Assembly (NCBI GenBank): GCA_963729625.1
Contig: CAVSOU010000007.1
Span: 608,001-672,000, forward strand
DNA from: an uncultured bacterium
GTDB taxonomy: Bacteria > Chloroflexota > UBA5177 > JANWHV01
Length of the DNA stretch: 64,000 bases
Direction of reading: 5' to 3'
Position 1 is the stretch's first letter; every line of letters starts with the position of its first letter. The translations under genes and the position numbers were made by a program. Of the stretch, positions 40,202 through 50,971 are shown one piece after another. The notes below the pieces were generated by a model, which saw only the letters and a program-made list of their open reading frames with translations, was not told the DNA's origin and did not search any database.

Positions 40202-40425
40202 CAGTCGAGTGCCTCATCGACCGACGCTTCGATCCAGGACAGGGCCTCGTGCTCGGCCTGCGTGTCTTCGGCCGCGGCGCGATATTCGGCTTCGAGCGCA
40301 TCCGTGCTTAAGACATGAGGTCGCACCAATCCCTCGATGAAGCGACTGATCTCGCCACGCCCGATCTGCTGGTGCAGGCCTCGATAGACCTCGTCGGCAA
40401 GAGTGATGGTGAGTTTGCGTTGCAT
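40201..40425 (-). CDS. Antitoxin (RHH-like addiction module protein)
   Basis: MQRKLTITL.DEVY.GL...IGRGEIS.FIE; acidic C-terminus; TGATG overlap with toxin. Confidence 0.88.
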   Translation of the reverse strand: MQRKLTITLADEVYRGLHQQIGRGEISRFIEGLVRPHVLSTDALEAEYRAAAEDTQAEHEALSWIEASVDEALD

Positions 40426-40459
40426 GATGATTCTCCGGTGTCAGCCATAGACGCCTTAC

Positions 40460-40477
40460 ACGTATATACGTATTATA
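40460..40477 (-). promoter_or_regulatory. TA operon -10 box with adjacent operator palindrome
   Basis: TATAAT (minus strand, 40472-40477) directly followed by the perfect 12-bp palindrome ACGTATATACGT (40460-40471). Confidence 0.65.
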
Positions 40478-40502
40478 TCAGGCAGACGACCAGGTGCGGC
40501 AC

Positions 40503-40672
40503 GATAACCTGATTGTGAAGATGGCCGCTGTACGTGCGACACCAGGCGCGAATCATGCCTTCCGTGGGCCGAACCCAGAAATCGCGGGCCAGGCGATCGG
40601 GCACGCGCCGGAAGGTCAGCCCATCCACGAACACGGCCTGGATCGCTTTGGCGACAATCCGGTTGGTATCGG
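40503..40672 (-). mobile_element. Transposase remnant
   Basis: Minus frame without start reads TNRIVAKAIQAVFVDGLTFRRVPDRLARDFWVRPTEGMIRAWCRTYS, an HTH segment resembling Chloroflexota IS transposases (from recall). Confidence 0.55.
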
Positions 40673-40841
40673 GGCATATTGCTCGGCGTCGACGTCCATT
40701 ACCTGCACGAGCGCTTCGATGACCTCATTACCCTGCCACGCCTGCCCCTGCAGTGGAACACCACGTGGGTGGGAGAACCCGAGGTGTTCTTCCGCTGGAT
40801 CGACGATATGCCACGAAGAACAGTCGACGTGGAACGGCGAC

Positions 40842-41528
40842 TCAAAGCGCAGCCGGAGCTGCGCGCCCTTGTGTCCAACTCCGCGGACGGGACCACTCCA
40901 CGTGGAGCATCTCGTGCACCGATTCGTAGCCCGCAGCCACCAGAAAGCACACCGCACTCCCCAACAACAGCCGTTCCTCCAACGGGGACACCGGCGCCTG
41001 GGTCGGCGGAGCAGCAATATCTTGGGACGGCCGAGTGCCGCGCGTGAAGGCAACTAGATTGAACGCGGCGAATGCCATGCAGATCAGCAAGTAGCTTGTA
41101 TACAGCCAAAAGAGCGGCCCGGTTGGGTCGTGCAGAAAGCCGATGTGATCGCGTACCAAATTGGTGCCGCTGCCGAGGACGGTGATGACCGCCGCGGCGA
41201 CGTAATTGGCCCAGAGCACCGGGCGCCGCCAGGGCACGGCTGCCGCGCGCGGATTGAGGCACAGTGTCAGATGGAGCCAGAGCGTGATGGGCAGCACATC
41301 GCAGATCCAGCCAAACCGATCGAACGCCAGCCACACGCCGACAGGTCCATCGTGCAGCGCTTCCTCCATACAGCCATAGAGAAAGAAGAGGGCGGCGGAA
41401 AGCACTGCAGCGCCGGTAAGCACTGATACCGCGGCGCGCTGTCCGCGCGCGAGGACATAGAAGCCCAACCAGAGGACTCCGGCGAGGCCAATCACGTGGA
41501 GCACGAAGAGAGGCGTCTCGCTCGCCAT
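40842..41528 (-). pseudogene. Truncated paralog of the multi-TM regulator at 27477
   Basis: MASETPLFVLHV...W.G.YVL.RG.R...LTG...DR..W...VLP..LWLHL aligns with the 27477 protein; similarity stops after HEML..EW, HTH domain missing. Confidence 0.7.
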
Positions 41529-41859
41529 CGTCACGATGCCCCCATGGCATCCCTGCAGTAGCAGGCGCATCAATCACCAGCATCATAGCACTGCGTGACG
41601 GCGGCGTCATCCGTGGAATCCGTACTCCAGGGTTGTGAAAACAACTGTTACCTGGCCACAATGGCCAGGGAGAATCTGTAGTGGCAGACAGCCCCGTCGA
41701 CTGCGTGCCCCTGGGCGGTTACAATCGGGGTGGCAAGGCCGGCGGCCGGCAACAATCTCTGCGTAACATGTTCGGCGCTTCAATGGGGCTGGACAGCGAG
41801 TGACCGGTGACGGCCAGCGAACGACGGTCTGTGCCGCATCCCGGGAGGGGCGCGACGCT

Positions 41860-42834
41860 ATGCGCGGGACGCTTGACGAACGGATCGTGACACTGGGCGG
41901 GGGCACGGGTTCATTCACGATGCTCTCCGAGCTCAAGAAAGTGGCCAGGCACCTGTGGGCCATCGTGACCATGATGGACTCGGGGGGCTCGTCCCGCCGG
42001 CTGATCGACGAATTTGGCCGGCCGCTCCCTCTTGGCGACCTCCGTCAGGCGCTGGTGGCCCTTTCCCGATCCCGCAAACTCTGGGGTGACATCTTCAGCT
42101 ACCGCTTTCCAGATGTGCCATCCGGCCTGGTCGGCGGCCATTCCTTGGGTAATCTGATCCTGCATGCCCTGCAAGATCAGAATGACGGAGACCTCCTCGG
42201 GGCACTGGAGGACGCCGAAGAGATGCTCAATGCCGCCGGCCACGTCCTCCCGGTGACACTCGAAAACGCGACGCTGTGTGCTGAGCTCAGCGATGGCACC
42301 ATCGTTCGTGGCGAGACAGCTATCGACCACCCGGAAGGGCGCACCCTGTTGCCGATCCGGCGTGTGTTTCTCGACCCCATCGTGCCGGTCACGGCCCGTG
42401 CCCGCAAGGCTCTCGAGCGAGCGGACAAGGTGCTTATCGGTCCCGGCGACCTGTTCACGAGCGTTGTGCCGTGCTTGTTGGCCGCGGGCGTTGCCGATGT
42501 GATCCGCTCGTGCGACGGTGAAGTAGTCTACATCTGCAACGTGATGACCAAACGGGGCGAAACCGATGGCTTCGCGGCAGCAGACTTTGTGCGGGTGATC
42601 CATCGCTATCTGGGCCGGCGAGTCGACACAGTGGTGGTGAACACGGGCGAATTCCCCGCTGATCTCGTGGCTCACTACGCCCGGGAAGGCGCTCATCCGG
42701 TCCCTGCCGATCTGGAGACGCTGCGCGCGCTGGTGCCCCACGTGGTGGCTGGGCCGTTCGCGATCACGGAGCAGCTGATTCGCCACGACGCCGAACGCGT
42801 GATCCTGGCTCTGTGGCCAGCACTAGCAGGTTGA
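41860..42834 (+). CDS. YvcK/CofD-like (gluconeogenesis factor) family protein
   Basis: GGGTG, DSGGSS, GDLR, GHSLGNL, GPGDLFTS, NVMTKRGET, RHD. Confidence 0.92.
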   Translation: MRGTLDERIVTLGGGTGSFTMLSELKKVARHLWAIVTMMDSGGSSRRLIDEFGRPLPLGDLRQALVALSRSRKLWGDIFSYRFPDVPSGLVGGHSLGNLILHALQDQNDGDLLGALEDAEEMLNAAGHVLPVTLENATLCAELSDGTIVRGETAIDHPEGRTLLPIRRVFLDPIVPVTARARKALERADKVLIGPGDLFTSVVPCLLAAGVADVIRSCDGEVVYICNVMTKRGETDGFAAADFVRVIHRYLGRRVDTVVVNTGEFPADLVAHYAREGAHPVPADLETLRALVPHVVAGPFAITEQLIRHDAERVILALWPALAG

Positions 42835-42852
42835 TGAAGGGGAGTCCCACCA

Positions 42853-43990
42853 ATGATGACACACCGACAACGAACCCAGGCTGTCTTGAACTATCAACCC
42901 TACGATCGGTTGCCTCTCGTGCACTTCGGATTCTGGAGGGAGACACTCGAGAAGTGGCGGGCAGAGGGCCACGTCACCGCCGAGGAGGCAGCCGGCTGGG
43001 AGGACGGCAACCGATTCGACCGGAGCATCTCGGCCAAGCTCGGCTTCGACTTCAATTGGCTGAACTCCATCTATCCATGGGGCGACCGCTTCGGAATTGC
43101 ACTGGAGCCTCCCTTCGAGAAGCGCGTTGTGGAGGAGCGCGCAGACGGCACCCAGCTCCTGCAAAACGTCGACGGCGTCATTGTGCTCCAGAAGGCCGGC
43201 GCAACCTCTATCCCCGCCGAGGTTGATCACCTGCTGAAAGATCGAACCAGCTGGGAAACCCACTACTTGCCGAGGCTCCAGTACTCTTCGGCAAGGGTCG
43301 ACGTGAAGGAACTGGCAGAGGTGCAGGCAGCCGCGAGCGAAGAGGATCTCCCGATCGGCATCTACTGCGGCAGCCTGATCGGGCGCGTGCGCGAGTGGTG
43401 TGGCTTGGTCGGCCTGAGCTATATTACCGCGGACGATGAAGGTCTTCTCGACGAGATGATCGATACCTATGCCAGTCTCTGCTATAGAGTAACGGAGCAG
43501 GTTCTGGCCACGGGCGCCCACTTCGACTTTGGGCACTTTTGGGAAGATATCTGTTACAAGAGCGGCCCACTGGTGAATCCAGGTATGTTCGATCGCAAGG
43601 TTGGTCCCCACTACGCCCGCATTGTAAAGCTGCTGAACGACCATGGCATCAACATCGTGTCGCTCGACTGTGACGGAAAAATCGACAGGCTGATTCCCAC
43701 CTGGCTGCACGCCGGAGTGAACACGATGTGCCCTATCGAGGTCGGTACATGGGGTGGCAGCATAGGGCCGTGGCGCGCGCTATACGGACTCGGAAATTCG
43801 TGGGGTCGGCGGCGTGAATAAGCGGGTCTTCTCGCAGGATCGTGCCGCGATCGACGCGGAGGTCAGGCGATTGAAGCCGCTGATTGAACTTGGCGGCTAC
43901 ATACCCTGTCCCGACCATAGACTGGCCCCAGATGCCAAATGGGAAAACGTGCAGTACTACTGCGATCGCATGCGCATGGTGTTTGGCTAA
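42853..43990 (+). CDS. URO-D/MtaA-like family protein, apparent +1 frameshift near 43790
   Basis: YDRLP, FWEDICYKSGPL, DCDG; C-terminus continues in shifted frame as GGVNKR...GGYIPCPDH...YYCDRMRMVFG*. Confidence 0.85.
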
Positions 43991-44108
43991 TCACGCAACC
44001 GCAGCCGCCACCTGGAGCCATGCCGCGCCGGCGACCGGGTCAACCATCGGCACGCGCATGCATTCCCAGCAGTCGGATCCTGCCTGGCAGCGCCAGCGGC
44101 GGACCGCG

Positions 44109-44804
44109 TCAGGCTGGAGCACTGAAGGTCCCCGGGCTGGAGGCGGTGGCGCGAAACTCCGGCTTGCGATCTGGACGCGCCTCCGCGAGCGCGCGCCGCA
44201 CGCCCGCAGCGTCCAGGTCGGCTGCATAGACCGGCGTGCCCGGCTGTTGCCTCCACGACTCGTCCAGCCGGCCCGCGTCGACCGCATCGAACCCGAGGTC
44301 GTCGACGAGGCGCAGCACGAGCGCCTTGGCAGCCGGGTCGTCGCCCGCAACGGGCAGAGCGATGCGCCCAGGCGACCCCGCGGGCAGGCCGCGCTCGAGC
44401 AGGTGGCGCGCGTAGATGTTGTTGAAGGCTTTGATCACGGGCCGGCCGAGCTGCTGTGCGACCCACGCACTTTCCGTCATTCCCGCCTCGATGGCCTCGA
44501 TGCGGCCATCTCGCTGCCGAGGATAGTAGTTGCCCGTATCCACGACAACCACGCCCTCTGCTGCCTCGGCGAACAGTCCGGGCGGCAGCTGGAGGATCTT
44601 CTTCTCAGGGATCGTCACGATGACGAGTTGGGCGCCCCGCGCCACCTCCGTGACCGGCGCTGCTTTCGCGCCGGTTTCCGCGGCAAGATCGGCGAGCGTA
44701 TCAGGCTCGCGGGAGTTCGCCAAGGACACCTCGTGCCCGAGTCCGGTAAGCCGCCGCGTGAGGGTGCCGCCGATGTTTCCTGCGCCGATGATGCCGATCT
44801 TCAT
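44109..44804 (-). CDS. NADPH-dependent F420 reductase-like / NADP oxidoreductase
   Basis: MKIGIIGAGNIG, VDTGNY, IKAFN, GFDAVDAG; GAGGAG RBS. Confidence 0.9.
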   Translation of the reverse strand: MKIGIIGAGNIGGTLTRRLTGLGHEVSLANSREPDTLADLAAETGAKAAPVTEVARGAQLVIVTIPEKKILQLPPGLFAEAAEGVVVVDTGNYYPRQRDGRIEAIEAGMTESAWVAQQLGRPVIKAFNNIYARHLLERGLPAGSPGRIALPVAGDDPAAKALVLRLVDDLGFDAVDAGRLDESWRQQPGTPVYAADLDAAGVRRALAEARPDRKPEFRATASSPGTFSAPA

Positions 44805-45056
44805 GCCTTCTCCTCGTGTCTCTGGTGTCACAGGGCTACCGGTACCGATGACTCTTCCGACGTGAACCGCCCCTTGCCATCAGGTCGCCTGTGTCTTCAG
44901 CATACCTCTCCACGCGGCAAGTGCTGGACCACGGGCGGGCGTTCCGCTACACGATCTTGCCCTCGTGCCACGATGGCGCGGGCTTCATGAGCCGCGCCGG
45001 TGCTAGAATGGCGATGTGTTTGCCGCGTTATGCCTGCACACCGGGAGGTGCCAACC

Positions 45057-47564
45057 ATGCAAGCTGCCGACTATTCGCCGCTCGACCTGTCGTCCCTTTG
45101 CAACGCCGGCGCGGACTGCGTGCCGGGGGAGGAGCGATTGGCGACAGGCCTCCAGCAGTTCCACGGCATACCGTTTCAGATCGGGTCCCCCACGGGCGAC
45201 GGGCCTGCCTGCCTGGTCCGGCTGGCCGGCCAGGATCACCCTGTGTCGATCGACCTGGGTGATGTCACGGCGTATCATATCCTTTTTGCGCATCGGCAGT
45301 TAGCATCGCGCCTCCTCGAGGGCGGGCCGCTGGGTGAGGTCGTGGCGCAGTACGTGGTTCAGTATGCCGGCGGCGACAGCCTGCGGCTGCCCATCCGCGA
45401 GCGTTTCGAGATCGCCACGGTGCCGACGCGGTGGGGCCAGATGCCGTTCCTGGCGATAGCCGACCAGACCGATAGCTTGCTCCCACGCCACCAGGGTCCT
45501 TGGGGCGAGGCTGGATTCCGGCTTGCCGAGGTCGTGCAGGGGCGGCCTCGCTCCTACTATCTCTGGGCCTGGACCAATCCGCATCCCGACCGCCCGATCC
45601 GGCGCATCGTGGTCGAGCCGGCTGGTCCGGACTTCGTGCTGGCAGCAGTGACCCTTGGTCATCTGGAGGAGGAGCCATTCTGTCGCACCGGCGCGACCAC
45701 GGTTGCAATCAGGCTGCCGCAGGCCGGCGACGCCGCGCAGCCCTTCGCGCTCGGCGTACAGGTCGACCGCGGGATCGCGGGCCCGCCGTACCCGCTGCCG
45801 GTCGAGTCCGCGACGGGCTTTCTCGAAGCGACGATGCCCGGCTACGGCGCCGCCGCGAACGAGAGCAGCAGTCCCGCATATGTACAGGTGGCTGCCACGC
45901 CTTCGGCCACACTGCGCGTCACCCTGGGCGACGAAGAACTGGGCGCGGTACGCTGGGGCAATTTGCAGCGCGACGGCAGCAGCGCGCCGTCTCCTCGCCT
46001 GCGGGTGGAGATCGCGGATAGCGGTCGCAACTGGGTGCGCACCGAGGTGCTCGACGATGCGACTGGCGCGCCGATCCCCTGTCGCATCCACTTCCGCTCA
46101 GCGGGCGGAGTGCCCTTCGCGCCGCACGGTCACCACGCGCACCTCAACGGCGGCATGGACACCTGGCACATAGACGTGGGAGGCGACGTGCGGCTCGGCC
46201 AGGTCACGTATGCCTATATCGACGGTCGCTGCGAGGGTTGGCTGCCACGTGGCGAGGTGTTGGTTGATGTGGCCCGCGGTTTTGAGTATGAACCGCTGCG
46301 TACGACAGTGCGCATCGAGCCCGGCCAGCAGCACCTGACTTTGCGCCTGCGCCGATGGTGCGATATGAACGCGCGCGGCTATTACAGCGGCGACACGCAC
46401 GTGCACTTCCTTTCGACTATCGGCGCCCAGACCGAAGCACGCGGCGAGGACCTCAACGTGGTCAACCTGCTGCAATCGCAATGGGGCCATCTGTTCACCA
46501 ATACGGAAGAGTTCATCGGACAGCCGCATCGCTCCTCCGATGGGCGGACCATTGTCTACGCCTCGCAAGAGAATCGTCAGCACATGTTGGGACACGTCTC
46601 GCTGCTGGGACTGAAGCAGCCTGTCATGCCCTGGTGCTCGGACGGGCCGGAGGAGGCCGAGTTGGGCGGTACCCTTGAGACCACCCTTTCGCACTGGGCC
46701 GACCTGTGCCACGAGCAAGGTGGAACGGTGGTGATTCCGCACTTCCCCGAGCCCAACGGCGAGCCGGCCGCGCTGATCGCCACCGGCCGCGCCGATGCCA
46801 TGGAGATGACCAAGTACGGGATGTACGAGCATCTCGAGTACTACCGCTACCTGAACTGCGGCTACCGGCTTCCCCTGGTGGGCGGCACAGACAAGATGGA
46901 TGCCGCCGTGCCGGTCGGCCTGTATCGCACCTACGTGCGAATTCCCGATGAAGAGTTCAGCTACGACAGCTGGTGCCGTCACCTGCGCGCCGGGCGCACC
47001 TTCCACAGCGGCGGCCCGCTGATCGACTTCACAGTCGACGGGCGCCAAATCGGCGACGTCATCACCCTGCCGGGGAACGGCGGCACGGTGGAAGTCGAGG
47101 CCAGCGCCGACTCGATCCTGCCGATTTACCGCCTGGAGATCGTGCAGCAAGGCCGGGTGGTGGCGACCACCGAGGAGGCAGGTGGCGCGCGGCGGCTGCG
47201 GCTACGGGCGCGCCTCACCATTGGCAGTCACACGTGGCTAGCGGCGCGCGTTGGTGGGATCGCCCACGCCGACGCGATGCACCACCACGATGTTTGGCAA
47301 CGTGGGGTCATGGCCCATACATCGCCTATCTATGTCGCGGTCGGTGGGGAGTGGTGGCTCTACGACGCCCGGGAGGCAACCTACATGTTGACCCTGCTCG
47401 AGGGAAGCCTGGCCTATATCCGCACGCGCAGCCGCCAGGATGCATCGCACCGCGTGACACACGCGCACAATGAAGCGGACCATCAGGCATTCCTCGAGCG
47501 ACCCGTGCAGGAGGCAGTGGCCGCGATTCATGCCCGCATGCACAGGCAAGGGATACCGCATTAG
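45057..47564 (+). CDS. CehA/McbA-family metallohydrolase (PHP-like domain)
   Basis: RGFEY, YSGDTHVH, GH..LLG, PH, LNCGYRL...GGTD, AHTSP; GGAGG RBS. Confidence 0.85.
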   Translation: MQAADYSPLDLSSLCNAGADCVPGEERLATGLQQFHGIPFQIGSPTGDGPACLVRLAGQDHPVSIDLGDVTAYHILFAHRQLASRLLEGGPLGEVVAQYVVQYAGGDSLRLPIRERFEIATVPTRWGQMPFLAIADQTDSLLPRHQGPWGEAGFRLAEVVQGRPRSYYLWAWTNPHPDRPIRRIVVEPAGPDFVLAAVTLGHLEEEPFCRTGATTVAIRLPQAGDAAQPFALGVQVDRGIAGPPYPLPVESATGFLEATMPGYGAAANESSSPAYVQVAATPSATLRVTLGDEELGAVRWGNLQRDGSSAPSPRLRVEIADSGRNWVRTEVLDDATGAPIPCRIHFRSAGGVPFAPHGHHAHLNGGMDTWHIDVGGDVRLGQVTYAYIDGRCEGWLPRGEVLVDVARGFEYEPLRTTVRIEPGQQHLTLRLRRWCDMNARGYYSGDTHVHFLSTIGAQTEARGEDLNVVNLLQSQWGHLFTNTEEFIGQPHRSSDGRTIVYASQENRQHMLGHVSLLGLKQPVMPWCSDGPEEAELGGTLETTLSHWADLCHEQGGTVVIPHFPEPNGEPAALIATGRADAMEMTKYGMYEHLEYYRYLNCGYRLPLVGGTDKMDAAVPVGLYRTYVRIPDEEFSYDSWCRHLRAGRTFHSGGPLIDFTVDGRQIGDVITLPGNGGTVEVEASADSILPIYRLEIVQQGRVVATTEEAGGARRLRLRARLTIGSHTWLAARVGGIAHADAMHHHDVWQRGVMAHTSPIYVAVGGEWWLYDAREATYMLTLLEGSLAYIRTRSRQDASHRVTHAHNEADHQAFLERPVQEAVAAIHARMHRQGIPH

Positions 47565-47661
47565 GTCAGGCCGCCAACTGCTTGCTGATGGAGGTCACGC
47601 CGAGGCCAACGTGGAACCGGCGACGGCGGACTACAGTCCACACCGGGCGAGAAGTGAGTCT

Positions 47662-47681
47662 CCCCGGAATCAATTCCGGGG
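47662..47681. terminator. Hairpin between convergent genes
   Basis: CCCCGGAAT-CA-ATTCCGGGG; no clear U-tract. Confidence 0.45.
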
Positions 47682-47726
47682 TATCCTGTCAGCGGCGCGG
47701 CCTGTAGTTCCCGATGTGGCTTGCGC

Positions 47727-48734
47727 CTACACAGCTTGTGCGAGGCCGCCGGCGAGAGCAGAGCGACGGAGGGCGTCGACTGCGCGCATGTTGGCCACGG
47801 CGTCTTCGGCCGGATACCGTAGCGGTCTGCCTTCCAGCAGGCAAGCGGCGAACTCCTCTGCCTCCAGCGCGTACTGATCGACACCAGGGATGCGTTCCTC
47901 ATGTCTACCCTGAGCGTCGCTGAGGATCACCAGGGTGTCGACCTTCCCCGGCACAAAGGCAGACGGCACCTCGATTGTGCCGGTACTCCCCACCACCATG
48001 TAGCAACCTCGCCCGGCCGCGCAGAATCCGCAATCAAATGTGGCCGTACGCGCATCGGACAGCCGAAGCACGCCGGCAAGCGCGATCTCCACACCGATAC
48101 TCCGGCCGGTAATCCCAGATGGCCGAGGCCAGGTTGGGCTCCTCGCCGAAGATCAGCCGGGTCGCGTTGACGCAATAGCAGCCGACGTCCATCAAGGCGC
48201 CTCCAGCCAGGTCGCCCTGTAGCCGCACGTTGGCCGGGTTCAACGGAGTCATGTTGAAGGTGAAACCGGCGCGCAGCGCGCGTACTTCGCCGATGGCGCC
48301 ATCGTCGATCAAGGCGCGGACACGTGCATGCTGTGGGTGAAAGCGATACATGAACGCTTCCATCAGCAACGCGCCGCGCTGCTTGACGGCATCGACCAGA
48401 CCGGCAGCTTCCTTGCGCATCCCGAGCGAGAGGCTTCTCGCAGAGGATCGGCTTGCCGGCCTCGGCTGCCCGCAAAGTCCACTCGGCGTGCATCGAGTTG
48501 GGCAACGGGTTATAGATGGCGTCGACTTCCGGATCCGCCAGCAGCTCCTCGTAGGAGCCATAGCGCGCGCGGGATGCCGAGCGTGGCGGCAGCCTTCGCC
48601 GCGCGAGCCATGTCGCGGCTGGCGATAGCCGTCACCACACCGTTCCTGGAAGCGATGGCGCCGGGGATGAAGGCCTTCAGGGCGATATTGGCGGTGCCCA
48701 GGATACCCCATCGAATACGGTCTCGTGCTGTCAT
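47727..48734 (-). CDS. Gfo/Idh/MocA oxidoreductase, broken by three apparent +1 frameshifts
   Basis: [10 protein letters not shown] / YNPLPNSMH...CEKP / EAFMYRFHP...[10 protein letters not shown] / C-terminus lie in successive frames; shifts near 48563, 48413, 48096. Confidence 0.85.
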
Positions 48735-48816
48735 CACGGTGCTCCTTGCTGCTCACGTCTGAACATCGTGCCATGCTGCAATCGTTCTAGTCGGAAACGC
48801 GCGGTGCGGGCTCTCG

Positions 48817-49712
48817 CTATCGTGGCAGCGGCATCGCGGCAAGGTGGGCATCCAGGGCGGCGTTGAGCATGTCGGGCATTGCCAGACCAGGAGGGCGCAC
48901 GCCTGCCTCCGCGATGATGCCGCGCCTCCGCAGAGATCTCCTTGCGTATAGCCAGGCTCAGCTTATCCTGCGCCTCGCAGAGAAGCAAGGGCAGCCATGG
49001 GAGCAGTGGCTTCTCGCGCCGCCCTGTAACCGCCGCGCTGCCAGGCACTCACGGCAGCAATCAGCGCCTCGGGCACCGCGAACCCGGTCATGGTACCTGC
49101 CGACCCCGCCAGCAGCTCCTCGAGGAGACTGGCGCCGCCCAGACCGCCGAAGATGGGCACGTCGAGATCCGCGGCCAGGGCCGCGATCGCCGGCGCCGTC
49201 GGCGGCGCTTCTTCTTTCACGGCCACCACGACCCCGGCCTCGCGCACGGACTGGGCCAACGCGCGTGCGGCAATGCTGATGCCCGAAGCAGCCGGATTAT
49301 CTTGCAGCACGACGCCAAGTCCGGAGGCGGCTGAGATGCGCCGCAAGTGGTGTGCTACGACCGCGGGATCATTTGTCGGGGCAGGAACCATGACGGCGGT
49401 CGCGCCGGCTTCGGCCGCGGCTCGCGCCTCTTCAATGGCGGGCGCGGTGGCCGTGGCCGCCATTCCGGCCACAACCGGCAACTCGCCCGCCACTGCCAGG
49501 GCAGTATTGAGAACGAGCCGGCGCTCCGCCGTGTCAAGGCGCGCCGCCTCACCGAGCACGCCCAGCACGATCACCCCGCTGGCGCCGGCATTACGGTACA
49601 GCTCGACCAGGCGCGTCAGAGACTGCGTGTCGACTGCGAGGGCTTCCCCCTTGAACGGGGTGGCGAGGATCCCCCATACGCCTCGCTTGAGCGGCTCATA
49701 TTGTCCTGCCAT
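48817..49712 (-). CDS. DapA/NAL-family aldolase, two apparent +1 frameshifts near 3' end
   Basis: ATPF, GVLGE, LQD, Schiff-base AVKEE, FGGLGG; tail LLPWLPL...IRKE...RRGII in shifted frames. Confidence 0.85.
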
Positions 49713-49800
49713 TGGACATCCTCCCAACACCTGTTTGGTACGCATCATCTTTCGCCGGCGGCAGGGCATCGCCCCGCAACCGCGCCGGCTCTCTCATCTA

Positions 49801-50971
49801 TTATGTAAACATGCCTACACTCGAGGTGGAGTGCATCCTGCCGTAGAGAAAGCGCAAGAACTCGTTTCTCCTGGCCCGACGGCACGCTGTCCCACGCCGA
49901 CTCGACCGATGGCTCACCCGCCCAGTATGACCAGATGAGCGCGCTGCGTTGCGGCGCGGCAATGAACTGCATGCGGTTCTGCACCCAGCCTTCGCCGCCT
50001 ACCAGGGTGTTGGCTCGCAGCCAGTCGACCACCTGCCCTGGCGCCCATCCCAGGGCGTGCAATCGCCACGCGGCGCCGGTCCCAATACCGGCGCGATAGC
50101 GGCCCATATAGGCGTTGAGCCGATCGTCGTCGTCCTTAATCCATTGGATCAAGCGAAGCCCGTGATCCGCGATCCCTTCGAATACGGAGGAGCTGGCCGA
50201 GTTGACGATCGAGAGCAGCCCATCGGCGCCGGCCGTTCCCTCCCTATACCAGTGCTCGCGCAACTTGAACTGCACGTAGTGGCCGGGATAGCACTCGTGG
50301 ACGACCAGGTGTTTCAACGCCGGCCCGGTGAGCACCGGGTCAATATTCAGCTCGACGGTGCGGGCCATGTAGTCGCAGCGCGCATTGAAGTGCGTGCCGC
50401 GCACGGCAAGCACGCGCATGCCGTCCGACCTGGGCGCCGGGATCGGCAGCACGGCCTCGGTTCGATCCCAGGCTTCGTCGAGCAGCGCCCCCACCGTCGC
50501 TTGCACCTCGTCAGGCGGCACGCGATGACGCTGCTCCCACGAGGCGCACTGTGTTGCCAGGTCGCCGGAGTAGCCGAGGCCGCTCAAGAGATCGCGCATA
50601 GCCGTGCGAAGACGATCCAGATCCGCCTCGCCGGCGGGCTGGGCGGGCAGGTGCAGGAAGCGGCCGACCTGCTCTTCGAACGGCAGGCCGCGCTCACGCC
50701 AGTCCAGCAACGCGATTGTCGAGTCGCAGACCTGCCGGTAGTAGACGCGGCGATCCTGCTCCGGCAATGCCTGAGCACGCTCTCGCAGCTCCACGAACTG
50801 CGCCCGTGCCTCGGCGTAATCTGCCATCGGCAGCGCGTGGTGCACGTGCGACATGTTTACCGCCACGAGACCATCGTCGTCTTCGCCCCCAGAGATCCGG
50901 CAGATGGCGTCCACGCTGAGCAAGGCCGGGGTCAACGACTCGGCGTAGGCGAGCGTGGCATCACTGAGCAC
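49801..50971 (-). CDS. DUF885-like / zincin-type hypothetical protein, apparent +1 frameshift near 49870
   Basis: HECYPGHY metal motif plus FEGIA; corrected end FLRFLYGRMHS...MFT*. Confidence 0.65.

Noticed and set aside
47727-49870. Programmed frameshifting or phase variation as cause of the split genes
   Set aside because: No slippery heptamers or long repeat tracts; consistent +1 pattern fits sequencing error better
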